IMG/VR virus record: IMGVR_UViG_3300043449_000492
Span: 96,001 to 160,000 of that record
Strand: one strand, 5' to 3'
DNA: 64,000 nucleotides
Source of the DNA: a virus
Below, piece after piece: positions 9,074 to 18,183 of this stretch (position 1 is its first letter; every line of letters starts with the position of its first letter). The notes below the pieces were generated by a model, which was given only the letters and a program-made list of their open reading frames with translations, was not told where the DNA came from and made no database searches. The position numbers and the translations under genes are program-made.

Positions 9074-9348
9074 TGATGGGTGACCGCAACTTTGCAGCTG
9101 CAGCTGTATCTGAATGGCTTGATCCAGTTGGTGTTATTCTCTTTAGCACAGTAACTCTTATTGTGCTTGGAGCAATTGCTTTATTTTATATTGCACATCA
9201 AGAGGACCTGGCTAGACAGACGTTCAAAGAACAATGTATAGATGCTGGAGGTGTGCCCACATATACATTCGACTATGTTAAAGGTAGCCGAGATGGTTAT
9301 CTATGTATCAATCCCTCCGCAATCATTAAGCTAAAGGACGAAAAGTAA
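9070..9348 (+). CDS. Hypothetical membrane protein
   Basis: Single TM helix and a Cys pair; overlaps the gp45 stop. Confidence 0.6.
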   Translation: MMMGDRNFAAAAVSEWLDPVGVILFSTVTLIVLGAIALFYIAHQEDLARQTFKEQCIDAGGVPTYTFDYVKGSRDGYLCINPSAIIKLKDEK

Positions 9349-9737
9349 TGAACTTAGCAAATACACTTGACATTGAAGCAGAGTATAAGATTTCATATCT
9401 TTTAACCGTGCTTACTAAAAATCGTCTCAATCATATTAATGAATATGCTGAGGCTAAGAAGGGATACGATGAGGAAAAAGCTGCCAAGTTGAAGGCTCTC
9501 ATGATTGCCATTCGTAAAGGTGCTGATGCAAAGATTCAGGCTGCTTACAATAGCTATTTTTCAATGAAGACGCCTATCGACGCAAAGGATATGTATGATG
9601 AATATATATCCATTCTTTCCAACTCTGCATCAGATACAGTGAAACTAAGCATTTCAGATGCCAATGCCATTATCAATGATAAGTGGTCATGGGCAACTGC
9701 TGCTAAGACAATCAATTCAACTTATTTTAAGGGTTAA
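9348..9737 (+). CDS. Hypothetical protein
   Basis: AAGGA RBS; translationally coupled. Confidence 0.7.
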   Translation: MNLANTLDIEAEYKISYLLTVLTKNRLNHINEYAEAKKGYDEEKAAKLKALMIAIRKGADAKIQAAYNSYFSMKTPIDAKDMYDEYISILSNSASDTVKLSISDANAIINDKWSWATAAKTINSTYFKG

Positions 9738-9741
9738 TCAA

Positions 9742-10038
9742 ATGGGTATGATTGGACATAACAGCACGACTACCTCGATTGAAGCACTCTCTCCAGAAGA
9801 CAAGAAGGTTCTACGTAAGGCAATCATGGAGCTAAATGATTCCATGACACGCACAGGAGCAGAACGTGACTTGCAAAAAGAGATTATCAACGAGACATAT
9901 GATAAGCTAGGTGTCGATAAGAAGATGATTCGACGCATGGCAAAGGCTTACTTCAAGGCTAACTTCAACGATGAAGTGGAAGAGAATAATCAGTTTGAAA
10001 CCTTCTATGATGAGATTCTTCGGAAGACAATGCCGTGA
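9742..10038 (+). CDS. dsbA: DsbA-like double-stranded DNA-binding protein
   Basis: 'KEIINETYDKLGVDKKMIRRMAKAYFKANF...E.F..FYD.I' resembles T4 DsbA / GapR-like proteins. Confidence 0.65.
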   Translation: MGMIGHNSTTTSIEALSPEDKKVLRKAIMELNDSMTRTGAERDLQKEIINETYDKLGVDKKMIRRMAKAYFKANFNDEVEENNQFETFYDEILRKTMP

Positions 10039-10271
10039 CGTATATCATTCATATCAATAGGAACATCATTCAAAAGAATGCGAGAAGAGGTGAAACCAAT
10101 CCTGTCTGTCGTGTTCAGAATGGCAATGATGTTCGCTATTGTATGGAGGTAGAAATCAAAGGACCTTCTCGAATGGTCTATCGTCCAGACAATCCACGGC
10201 CTTGCGGAGCAAAGTTGTGGATTGAAACAGATAGTGAAGTGGAACTGATAGGTGAAGAATGGCAGAATTAA
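10035..10271 (+). CDS. Conserved phage hypothetical protein
   Basis: IHINRNII...GPSRMVY.PD.P..CGAKLWIET pattern. Confidence 0.7.
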   Translation: MTYIIHINRNIIQKNARRGETNPVCRVQNGNDVRYCMEVEIKGPSRMVYRPDNPRPCGAKLWIETDSEVELIGEEWQN

Positions 10272-10420
10272 TATTTGAGATACTGGCATCAATCAATGGT
10301 GTAATGGGTATTGGGTACTGGATAGCAGATCATGACGATATCATGCACTGGTTGTTTTTCCTAATCTTGTGTGTTATAATGTATATCAATGCGGCACGTT
10401 ATGGAAAAGGTGAAGAATGA
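10259..10420 (+). CDS. Small two-TM membrane protein (53 aa)
   Basis: Below the ORF-track cutoff; MAELIFEILASINGVMGIGYW...WLFFLILCVIMYI fills the gap before gp44. Confidence 0.5.
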   Translation: MAELIFEILASINGVMGIGYWIADHDDIMHWLFFLILCVIMYINAARYGKGEE

Positions 10421-11355
10421 GTGAAGAATTTTTGTGGGTAGAGAAGTATCGTCCTCATACAATCGAGGACTGTATTCTCCCCGACCGTATCAAGAAAGCT
10501 TTTCAAGAATACGTTAATGGCGGAGATATTCCAAATCTTCTCCTGTCGGGACCAGCTGGCTGTGGTAAGACTACAGCAGCTATGGCTATGTGTGACGAAA
10601 TTGGTTGTAACTATCTTTTCATTAACTCCTCAGAAGAGAGAGGCATTGACGTTCTAAGAACTAAGGTTGTTGGATATGCGTCAACTGTTTCTCTCACTGG
10701 TGGACGTAAGGTCATCATTCTAGATGAGGCCGACGGTCTCACTCCAGACACGCAAGATGCCCTTCGTGGTGTTATTGAAAAGTTCTCCTCTAACTGTTCA
10801 TTTATCTTTACTTGCAACTTCAAGGCTAAGATCAAGGACGCTATTCATTCACGCTGTTCCGTCGTTGACTTTACATTGAAATCAGGAGAGAAGCCTACTA
10901 TGGCTTCTAAGATGTATAAGAGACTGGAACAAATTCTAACTAAAGAAAGTGTGACATATGATAAGCAAGTATTGGCAAAAGTTGTCGAGAAATATTTTCC
11001 AGATTATCGTAGGACTCTTAACGAGCTACAACGGTATTCTGTTTCTGGAAGCATTGATGCTACTATTGCTCCTCAACTTGATAGCGTTCGCAGCCTCAGC
11101 GAGCTAATCAAAGCACTTAAGGACAAAGACTTTTCTGCTATGCGTAAGTGGGTTGTTCTTAACTCTGACATTGATGCAAGCCGCATCTATCGTTCAGTGT
11201 ATGATAATCTGTATGAATATCTTAAGCCAGAGACGATTCCAGTTGCTGTCGTCACTCTAGCAAAGTATCAGTATCAAGCAGCATTCGTAGCAGATCAAGA
11301 GCTTAATCTTGTCGCTGCACTAACTGAAATCATGATTGAGTGTGAGGTTAAGTAA
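10417..11355 (+). CDS. gp44: Clamp loader large subunit (gp44)
   Basis: LWVEKYRP, GPAGCGKTT, IILDEAD, HSRC, FPDYRRTLNELQ. Confidence 0.95.
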   Translation: MSEEFLWVEKYRPHTIEDCILPDRIKKAFQEYVNGGDIPNLLLSGPAGCGKTTAAMAMCDEIGCNYLFINSSEERGIDVLRTKVVGYASTVSLTGGRKVIILDEADGLTPDTQDALRGVIEKFSSNCSFIFTCNFKAKIKDAIHSRCSVVDFTLKSGEKPTMASKMYKRLEQILTKESVTYDKQVLAKVVEKYFPDYRRTLNELQRYSVSGSIDATIAPQLDSVRSLSELIKALKDKDFSAMRKWVVLNSDIDASRIYRSVYDNLYEYLKPETIPVAVVTLAKYQYQAAFVADQELNLVAALTEIMIECEVK

Positions 11356-11356
11356 T

Positions 11357-11815
11357 ATGAGCCTATTTCCTGAACTTGATGAAGATGATATTGTATATGC
11401 TATGGGAAAGTTTGCAAACATGACTAGCACAGGTAAAACTTTTGAAAAGAAGATTGCTGAACATCTAAGAAACAAGTATCCTAACAATGCTATTAGGGAA
11501 CAAGTTAAAGCTGGAAAGCATATTGGTAGTAACAAGAAAAATTATGTTGTTGACATTTTGTTCAATCATGATACACTAGTATCCGCTAAGTTTCAGGGAA
11601 CTGGCGGAACTGCAGAACAGAAGATTATGTTTGAAATGAATACACTTCAGAAGTTGTGTGATAAGGATGGATATAAGAAAGCCTATCTTGTCTATGATGG
11701 AGCAGGTCTAACTATGACTGAACAGTATAAGTCGGATGAAATGAAAGAGTATGTTCGTGCGCCGTCTGTGATATTTGTATCGTTCGATGAATTTAAGGAA
11801 ATGAATATTGCTTAA
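11357..11815 (+). CDS. PD-(D/E)XK restriction-endonuclease-like protein
   Basis: TGKTFE, VDILF, VSAKFQGTGGTAEQK; overlaps the Dam gene. Confidence 0.65.
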   Translation: MSLFPELDEDDIVYAMGKFANMTSTGKTFEKKIAEHLRNKYPNNAIREQVKAGKHIGSNKKNYVVDILFNHDTLVSAKFQGTGGTAEQKIMFEMNTLQKLCDKDGYKKAYLVYDGAGLTMTEQYKSDEMKEYVRAPSVIFVSFDEFKEMNIA

Positions 11816-12659
11816 CTCTCCTCTAAAGTGGGTCGGTGGTAAACAGTCTATTCTATCTGCCATACTACCTTACATAGAAAGTCCAAACACCTTTGTGGAA
11901 CCTTTTATAGGTTCTGCAACTGTGTCTCTTAATGTCAATGCCAATAGATATCTAATCAATGACATGAACTACGATTTGATTAATCTATATCAACATGTAA
12001 TCAATAACTGTAATCAAATCGTGGAGTTATCTAAGCCATACTTTGAAAATATGACAAGTGAAAGATACTATGATATTAGAGATAGATTCAATTCTTTACA
12101 ATCAAACTGTATTGAAAGAGCTGCTTTGTTTTTGGTTCTGAATAAATTTGCATTCAATGGAGTATGTCGTTACAACTCTAAAGGTTTGTTCAATGTACCT
12201 TACTGCAAACGAAGCACGGCAGGTTTTCCTTTAAATGAACTAATATCCTTTAGTAAACATTTTGGTAGCAAAGAACATCAACTTTTTCATGGAGACTTTT
12301 CTAATGCTATGTTATATGCTAACTTGATAGAAGGTGATGTTGTCTATTTTGATCCGCCTTATCTCCCTTCGGACGACTTTGAAAGCAACTTTACAAAATA
12401 TACCAAAGAAAATTTCGAAACACAGCAACATCAACAAATAGTCGATTTGTGTCTAGAGCTAAACACTAGAGGTGTTGTTTGTTTGGTTTCTAATCATATG
12501 ACTGCTCAAACAGAACAGCTTTATAGCGAATGTGATAAAATAGTTGTTATACCCAAAAAGAGATTACTGGCTGCTAACAAGAAAAATAGAAAAGAGATTA
12601 ACGAGATTCTGGCTATATACGGTAACGTCAAAGTGAGTGGAACCCTATTCGATGACTGA
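11808..12659 (+). CDS. dam: DNA adenine methyltransferase (Dam / D12 class)
   Basis: SPLKWVGGK, FVEPFIGSA, FNGVCRYN..G.FNVPY, YFDPPY. Confidence 0.92.
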   Translation: MLNSPLKWVGGKQSILSAILPYIESPNTFVEPFIGSATVSLNVNANRYLINDMNYDLINLYQHVINNCNQIVELSKPYFENMTSERYYDIRDRFNSLQSNCIERAALFLVLNKFAFNGVCRYNSKGLFNVPYCKRSTAGFPLNELISFSKHFGSKEHQLFHGDFSNAMLYANLIEGDVVYFDPPYLPSDDFESNFTKYTKENFETQQHQQIVDLCLELNTRGVVCLVSNHMTAQTEQLYSECDKIVVIPKKRLLAANKKNRKEINEILAIYGNVKVSGTLFDD

Positions 12660-13077
12660 CTTATTCAAGGACATTATTCCATCTATTCTTCAAAACAAGA
12701 AGGACTTCTCGAAGGATGAAAACTTTGAGAAGTCTTTTCCTGCGTTTGTGGTCAATCGTGCTTTGTCGTTTCATTATGACTGCATTCTGCAGGTAAATGA
12801 AATGAATCGTTTTCCAAATCTGCCTGGTACTATGCAATATCACTTCCTACTAAATAGTATTCGTGGATATAAGCGTCCATTTAGAAAATGGGAAAAGCGG
12901 GAAACCATTGAAGACTTAGAAGCCGTCAAAGAGTATTACAACTATTCTAACGAGAAGGCTAAAGAAGCATTGGTTCTGTTAAACGCTACCCAGCTAGAAG
13001 TAATAAGAAAAGAACTTAGTAAAGGTGGCATAAATGACAGCAAACCTAGAAGACTTCGTGGAAGTAAAGCTTCCTGA
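12652..13077 (+). CDS. gp62: Clamp loader small subunit (gp62)
   Basis: FVVNRALS, NEMN, QYHFLLNSIR, VKEYYNYSNEKAKEAL. Confidence 0.9.
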   Translation: MTDLFKDIIPSILQNKKDFSKDENFEKSFPAFVVNRALSFHYDCILQVNEMNRFPNLPGTMQYHFLLNSIRGYKRPFRKWEKRETIEDLEAVKEYYNYSNEKAKEALVLLNATQLEVIRKELSKGGINDSKPRRLRGSKAS

Positions 13078-13447
13078 TCCTCAAGCCTTCTTGAAAGTGA
13101 AGGAGACATTGACTCGTATCGGTGTTGCATCTAAGAAAGATAAAACACTCTATCAGTCATGTCATATATTACATAAGCAAGGACATTATTATCTTGTGCA
13201 TTTTAAAGAAATGTTCATGCTCGATGGAAAGTCTACAGACTTTTCGGAAGAAGATCGTGGTAGACGTAACACCATTGCTAATCTATTAGCTGAATGGGAA
13301 CTTGTTACTCTCGTTGATGCTGACAAGAGCAAAGAACCTCTAACTCCTCTAAACAGAATCAAGATCATTTCATATACAGAAAAGCCAGAGTGGAACTTGG
13401 TAGCCAAGTATTCACTAGGCAAAAAGAGATACAACGAAGACGAATAA
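13034..13447 (+). CDS. regA: Translational repressor RegA
   Basis: FLKVKETLTRIGVAS, LYQSCHILHKQG.YY.VHFKE. Confidence 0.96.
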   Translation: MTANLEDFVEVKLPDPQAFLKVKETLTRIGVASKKDKTLYQSCHILHKQGHYYLVHFKEMFMLDGKSTDFSEEDRGRRNTIANLLAEWELVTLVDADKSKEPLTPLNRIKIISYTEKPEWNLVAKYSLGKKRYNEDE

Positions 13448-13463
13448 CATTGGAGAATATATT

Positions 13464-14084
13464 ATGCCTACATTGAAATTTTGGAGAGTGCATACCGACG
13501 TTCAACTTCCAAAGCATCAGACAGATGGTTCTGCTTGCTTCGATCTTGCATTTCAAGGACACGGTAAGGGAAACGTAAAGGGCTTCACTCGTATGAATAA
13601 GCCTATTGAACGGGTCATGCGTGGATCGATTACAGTCTCCCCAGGGGATCGTATGCTTATTCCAACCGGTCTAGTTATGGATATTCCTCATGGTTATTCA
13701 GTTAGACTCCATGCTCGTTCTGGAACATCACTTAAGCAAGGTCTAGTGCTTGCTAATGCTGAAGGCGTAATCGATTCAGATTACGTTGAAGAGGTTTTTA
13801 TTCTTCTTTACAATATGTCAGAGAATGCTCATACAATTAACTTTGGTGATCGGATCGCTCAGGCAGAACTTGTTAAGAATGAAGAATATGATATCGAAGA
13901 AACAGCTACAAGACCTAGCGTCAAGTCAAGTCGTGCTGGTGGAATGGGTTCGACAGGAGTGTCAGAATCTGGTAATCTTCTAACGATTACTGTGCCAGAC
14001 GAAGACATTATGGTTGAAAGCTTTCAACCTGTAGAAAAACGTGGTAGAGGGAGACCGAAGAAGAATGCCGGGAGTATTTCGTAA
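13464..14084 (+). CDS. dut: Trimeric dUTPase with C-terminal extension
   Basis: GSACFDL, RSGTSLK, GVIDSDY, DRIAQ, RAGGMGSTG. Confidence 0.92.
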   Translation: MPTLKFWRVHTDVQLPKHQTDGSACFDLAFQGHGKGNVKGFTRMNKPIERVMRGSITVSPGDRMLIPTGLVMDIPHGYSVRLHARSGTSLKQGLVLANAEGVIDSDYVEEVFILLYNMSENAHTINFGDRIAQAELVKNEEYDIEETATRPSVKSSRAGGMGSTGVSESGNLLTITVPDEDIMVESFQPVEKRGRGRPKKNAGSIS

Positions 14085-14610
14085 TCTAGATCCTAGATTC
14101 TGTGGGGCTATAACTCAAGTCATAGGACAGCAAAAGCTTTTCATTAATAATGTCCTTGCTGCTGTAGAAGGAGATATAAACTCACATAATGGTCTAGGAG
14201 CTTTAATCTCGCAATCACCAGGAACAATTATCGTTCAGGGTAAGAAGATGATTGTATCTATGATGGACGGATCTGCTCCAGATCAGCTTGGAATCATAAC
14301 ACATGTTACTAATCTACCAACTCCAGCACAAGGTTCACAAAATTGCTTTGCATATGGTGGAGCGGGATCATTTGGTGGTGGTCTAGGCATACCAGGATTG
14401 TCTGGGTTTCCTGGTATAGGTGAGATTATGCAACTAGGTTCGCAAGCTGTAGGACAAGTATCTAAGTCCGTCAATCAAGGTGGAGGAAGCGGCTTGCTTA
14501 CCATGAATAATATGACTCCACAAACCCAATCATTGTTGACAGCCGGCTCAACTGTTGTAAGTGCTAATACAGGAAAAACATTTACATTTTCCTCATTTAT
14601 TTCTGGTTGA
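14065..14610 (+). CDS. PAAR-like spike-tip protein with C-terminal extension
   Basis: MPGVFR..D...CGA, LFINNVLAAVEGD..SH, PAQGSQNCFAY. Confidence 0.55.
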   Translation: MPGVFRNLDPRFCGAITQVIGQQKLFINNVLAAVEGDINSHNGLGALISQSPGTIIVQGKKMIVSMMDGSAPDQLGIITHVTNLPTPAQGSQNCFAYGGAGSFGGGLGIPGLSGFPGIGEIMQLGSQAVGQVSKSVNQGGGSGLLTMNNMTPQTQSLLTAGSTVVSANTGKTFTFSSFISG

Positions 14611-14692
14611 CATATGTGAAAGTTTACTATATAATAACAGACGATACCAAGAGGTGTCGTTCCTTATTTCTCGCTAACTATAGGAGAACAAC

Positions 14693-15238
14693 ATGGGTAA
14701 TAATAAGTCTACAGATAAGTTCTGGTTTGATCCTTTCTCTTTTTCCAATGACATTTCAAAGGGCGCTATCGGCTTTGAACATGTGCTACAAAGATTGGCA
14801 GAAGCGAATGAGTATCTTCCAAAGATTCCAGCATATCCTCCTTACAATGTAAAGAAAGTGGATGACGAGCATTTCGTCATTGAAATGGCTGTCGCTGGTT
14901 TTGGCAAGCATAATCTTGATATCGAACTAAAGAACGATGTGTTAACTATCTCTGGCAATACCGAAACCGAAGAAGGCGATTACCTTCATAAGGGTATTGC
15001 AAACAGAGCATTCACTCGGAAGTTTACCATCGCTGATACAGTGGAGGTTAAGAATGCAGAACTTGTTAACGGTATGCTCAAAATCTTTCTTGAACGCTTT
15101 GTCCCCGAGGAGAAGAAAGCGAAGAAGATCGATATCCTGGATCCATTCGGCTTTCAGGAAACGACGAAGCAACTGTTAACAGAGAGTGCTAAAGTATGGT
15201 CCGATCTTGTCGGCGTGAAAAAAGAAGAAACTAAATAA
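14693..15238 (+). CDS. Small heat-shock protein Hsp20 (IbpA-like)
   Basis: YPPYNV, IEMAVAGF, YLHKGIANRAFTRKF, AELVNGML. sigma70 promoter near 14608-14636. Confidence 0.93.
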   Translation: MGNNKSTDKFWFDPFSFSNDISKGAIGFEHVLQRLAEANEYLPKIPAYPPYNVKKVDDEHFVIEMAVAGFGKHNLDIELKNDVLTISGNTETEEGDYLHKGIANRAFTRKFTIADTVEVKNAELVNGMLKIFLERFVPEEKKAKKIDILDPFGFQETTKQLLTESAKVWSDLVGVKKEETK

Positions 15239-15304
15239 GATTGACATGGCTGGGGCCTCTGTTGAAAGACACGCCCCAGTCTTCATTTCATAATGGAGTA
15301 TAAA

Positions 15305-15886
15305 ATGCAATACACTTTTGTTGATGGTCCCCTCGGTGAAGATTACGAATCCCCTCCAGTTCATGTCTCAGAAGAAAATCTAAGAAAGTATGGAACAGGT
15401 AATGTGTTTGTTGAAACAGGCACGTATCTTGGCGAAACTGTAGATTTGGTTCTTAAGACAAAGCTATTCAAGACCATTCATACAATCGAACTAAATGATA
15501 CGCTTTATAATGACGCAGTTGCAAAGTATAAGAATGAAAAGATCGTCAAGCTATGGCATGGTGACTCTATTGATTCTCTCAAGGATATTGTATCAAAGCT
15601 AAAAGAGCCTGCAACATTCTGGCTAGATGCTCATGCGTCTGGAGAACTTGTTGGTGGTAAGTCTGGCGGTTCTCCTGTTCTCGATGAGCTAGACATTATT
15701 GCTTCTTCTCCAATCAAGACACATACAATCATTATTGACGATTGCCGCCTGTTTGGTTCTGCTGAATGGTCCTTTGTCAAGAAGGAAGATGCAATTGAAC
15801 GCATCATGAAGATCAATCCAGATTACAAGCTTCATTATCTTGATGGTCATATTCGCAATGACGTTCTGTGGGCAACAGTAAAGTGA
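15305..15886 (+). CDS. SAM-dependent methyltransferase-like protein
   Basis: FVETGTYLG, GDS, FWLDAH, IIDD.R.F. Confidence 0.7.
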   Translation: MQYTFVDGPLGEDYESPPVHVSEENLRKYGTGNVFVETGTYLGETVDLVLKTKLFKTIHTIELNDTLYNDAVAKYKNEKIVKLWHGDSIDSLKDIVSKLKEPATFWLDAHASGELVGGKSGGSPVLDELDIIASSPIKTHTIIIDDCRLFGSAEWSFVKKEDAIERIMKINPDYKLHYLDGHIRNDVLWATVK

Positions 15887-16614
15887 AGCTAACAATCGAA
15901 AGACCTGTTACGGTTATTACTCCTACGATTGGTAAGCCTGAACTAAAAAAGGCTATCGAATCAGTTAAGAATCAGACATACAAATGTAAACATCTTGTGA
16001 TTATTGATGGACTAGAACATGCTAGAAATGTTCCTGGTTCAGATGGTGATTATTTACAAGTTTGTTATACTCCCGAGAACACAGGAGCTAATGGTTACTA
16101 CGGTCATAGAATCTATGCGGCATATCCTCATCTTGTCAATTCGGACTATGTCCTTTTTCTTGATGAAGATAATTGGTATGAACCAAATCACGTTGAAACC
16201 CTAATCGAGACAATTGAACAGAAGAACCTAGACTTCTCATATTCGCTTCGTAAGATTTTTGATAAGAATGAAAACTATCTTATTGACGATAACTGTGAAA
16301 GTCTAGGCAAGTGGGAAATCTTTATGTCTCGTTCTTCACCTCATGGTAAGCAGTATCTAGTTGATACATCATCTTACTGCTTCAAGCGAGAGTTTATCCA
16401 ACAGGCTTGTCATCTATGGCATTCTGGCTGGGGTGGTGACCGTCGCTTCTTTCATATTGTGAAAGATCAAGCAAAGTATGATACAAATGGACTCTACTCT
16501 CTTTGCTATCGTCTCGACGGTAATCAAGGATCTGTCACTAAAGAGTTTTTTGAATCAGGTAATAAGACACAAGAGCAATACTTTGGAGGGAACTATCCGT
16601 GGAAAAAGACGTAA
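15883..16614 (+). CDS. Glycosyltransferase family 2
   Basis: VTVITPT, SV.NQTY, VIIDG, LFLDEDN. Confidence 0.85.
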   Translation: MKLTIERPVTVITPTIGKPELKKAIESVKNQTYKCKHLVIIDGLEHARNVPGSDGDYLQVCYTPENTGANGYYGHRIYAAYPHLVNSDYVLFLDEDNWYEPNHVETLIETIEQKNLDFSYSLRKIFDKNENYLIDDNCESLGKWEIFMSRSSPHGKQYLVDTSSYCFKREFIQQACHLWHSGWGGDRRFFHIVKDQAKYDTNGLYSLCYRLDGNQGSVTKEFFESGNKTQEQYFGGNYPWKKT

Positions 16615-17492
16615 TCATAGGTGGAGCATCAGGCTATACATGGGATCAACTCAAGTATTGGGTTAACTCGATTAAGAAGACAGACTTCAAAGGTGACATT
16701 GTTCTAGTCGTTACCAATATGAATAAAGAAACGATTGATAAGCTTACTGACGAAGGTGTAATGCTTTATGCATATGGTAAGCAAGACGAAAAGGGTAACA
16801 TCACTAATCAGTCTCAGAATGCCCCACATGTCGAGCGTTTCATTTTCATTTGGGACTTTCTAAGAAAGCATAAAGACACATATCGTTATGCAATCGTAAC
16901 AGATACCAGAGACGTTATCTTTCAGAAGAATCCAAGTGACTTCCTAAAGAAGAATCTTTCCGCTAATTCAATCGTTGCTTCCTCAGAAGGATTGGAATAT
17001 AAGGACGAGCCTTGGGGTAATAAGAATTTGTTTGACACATTCGGTCCATTAGTATATAATGAAATGTCTGGTGAGTTGATACACAATGTAGGAACGATTG
17101 CAGGATATAGTGAAGAGGTTCGTGATCTGCTTCTACAGCTATTCTATCAGTCAGTGAATCGTCCTATTCCAATTGTTGATCAGGCAGTATATAACTTTCT
17201 AATCAATCTTTATCCTCTAAGAGGCGAAGTTCTTAGAACTACTAATAAAGAAGATTGGGCAGTTCAGCTAGGAACAACCGAAGCTGCAATCAAAGCTGGA
17301 GCTGGTGATATTGGTCAGATTATTAAAACCAATCCAGAAATGATCGAAGGATATCGTAAAGCATATCAAGACATTCAGCCAGTGATTGAAAATAATCATC
17401 TTGTAACAAACGGCAAGAATACATATCACATTGTCCATCAGTGGGATCGTGTTCCTGAGATTAAGAAAATTGTGGAGCGTCTATATGGCTGA
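16599..17492 (+). CDS. GT-A fold glycosyltransferase-like protein
   Basis: ERF, TDTRDVIFQ.NP, DQAVYN, IVHQWDR. Confidence 0.7.
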   Translation: MEKDVIIGGASGYTWDQLKYWVNSIKKTDFKGDIVLVVTNMNKETIDKLTDEGVMLYAYGKQDEKGNITNQSQNAPHVERFIFIWDFLRKHKDTYRYAIVTDTRDVIFQKNPSDFLKKNLSANSIVASSEGLEYKDEPWGNKNLFDTFGPLVYNEMSGELIHNVGTIAGYSEEVRDLLLQLFYQSVNRPIPIVDQAVYNFLINLYPLRGEVLRTTNKEDWAVQLGTTEAAIKAGAGDIGQIIKTNPEMIEGYRKAYQDIQPVIENNHLVTNGKNTYHIVHQWDRVPEIKKIVERLYG

Positions 17493-18183
17493 TGGTATCT
17501 TTTTCATTAACAATGCTCTAAGAGCTAATAAACGCTTATCAGTCTTTAATGATGAAGAACGATATGAGCAGACTTTAGAAACATTAAAGTCTATTGATAA
17601 ATATTGCCCTGATAATGTTAAGATTATCTTTGACATGTCACCTGAGCCTGTTAATGAAGAATACCTAAAGGTTATTGGAAATTGGAACAACACCTGGTTT
17701 CTTGATATGGGTCAGCATGAATATGTTAAGATGTATTCCTTGCATGGTCTTCGTTCACTAGCAGAGACATATGCATTCATGGGTGTGCTTGATTGGTTTA
17801 CTAACTCATCTATCGGTGTCAAGGCTAAGCGTATCTACAAGCTATCAGGTCGTTATCAATTGACTGATAACTTTGTTCTAGATGCGCCTGAATATAAAGA
17901 TGCTTTTGTGTTTGCAGAAGCATTAGAGTCTTGGATGGATGATAATGTTAAGAAGACCTTAGAACTTGATCGACTTTATCGTCTTCGGCTTTGGCACATG
18001 GACTATAACTTGCTTGATACATTTCGTGAGGAACTACCCTATATATTTGCAGAATGTTCAAACAATAACATTGATATTGAACATGCTTATTACAAGTATC
18101 TTCATGACTATAAGGTTGTAGAAGTTCCTAAGATAGGCGTGACTGGACATATTGCACCAAGTGGAGAATTTATTGATGAGTGA
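17485..18183 (+). CDS. Hypothetical protein of the glycan island (GT-like)
   Basis: ERYEQTLETLKSI, KRIYKLSGRY, DIEH. Confidence 0.6.
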   Translation: MADGIFFINNALRANKRLSVFNDEERYEQTLETLKSIDKYCPDNVKIIFDMSPEPVNEEYLKVIGNWNNTWFLDMGQHEYVKMYSLHGLRSLAETYAFMGVLDWFTNSSIGVKAKRIYKLSGRYQLTDNFVLDAPEYKDAFVFAEALESWMDDNVKKTLELDRLYRLRLWHMDYNLLDTFREELPYIFAECSNNNIDIEHAYYKYLHDYKVVEVPKIGVTGHIAPSGEFIDE

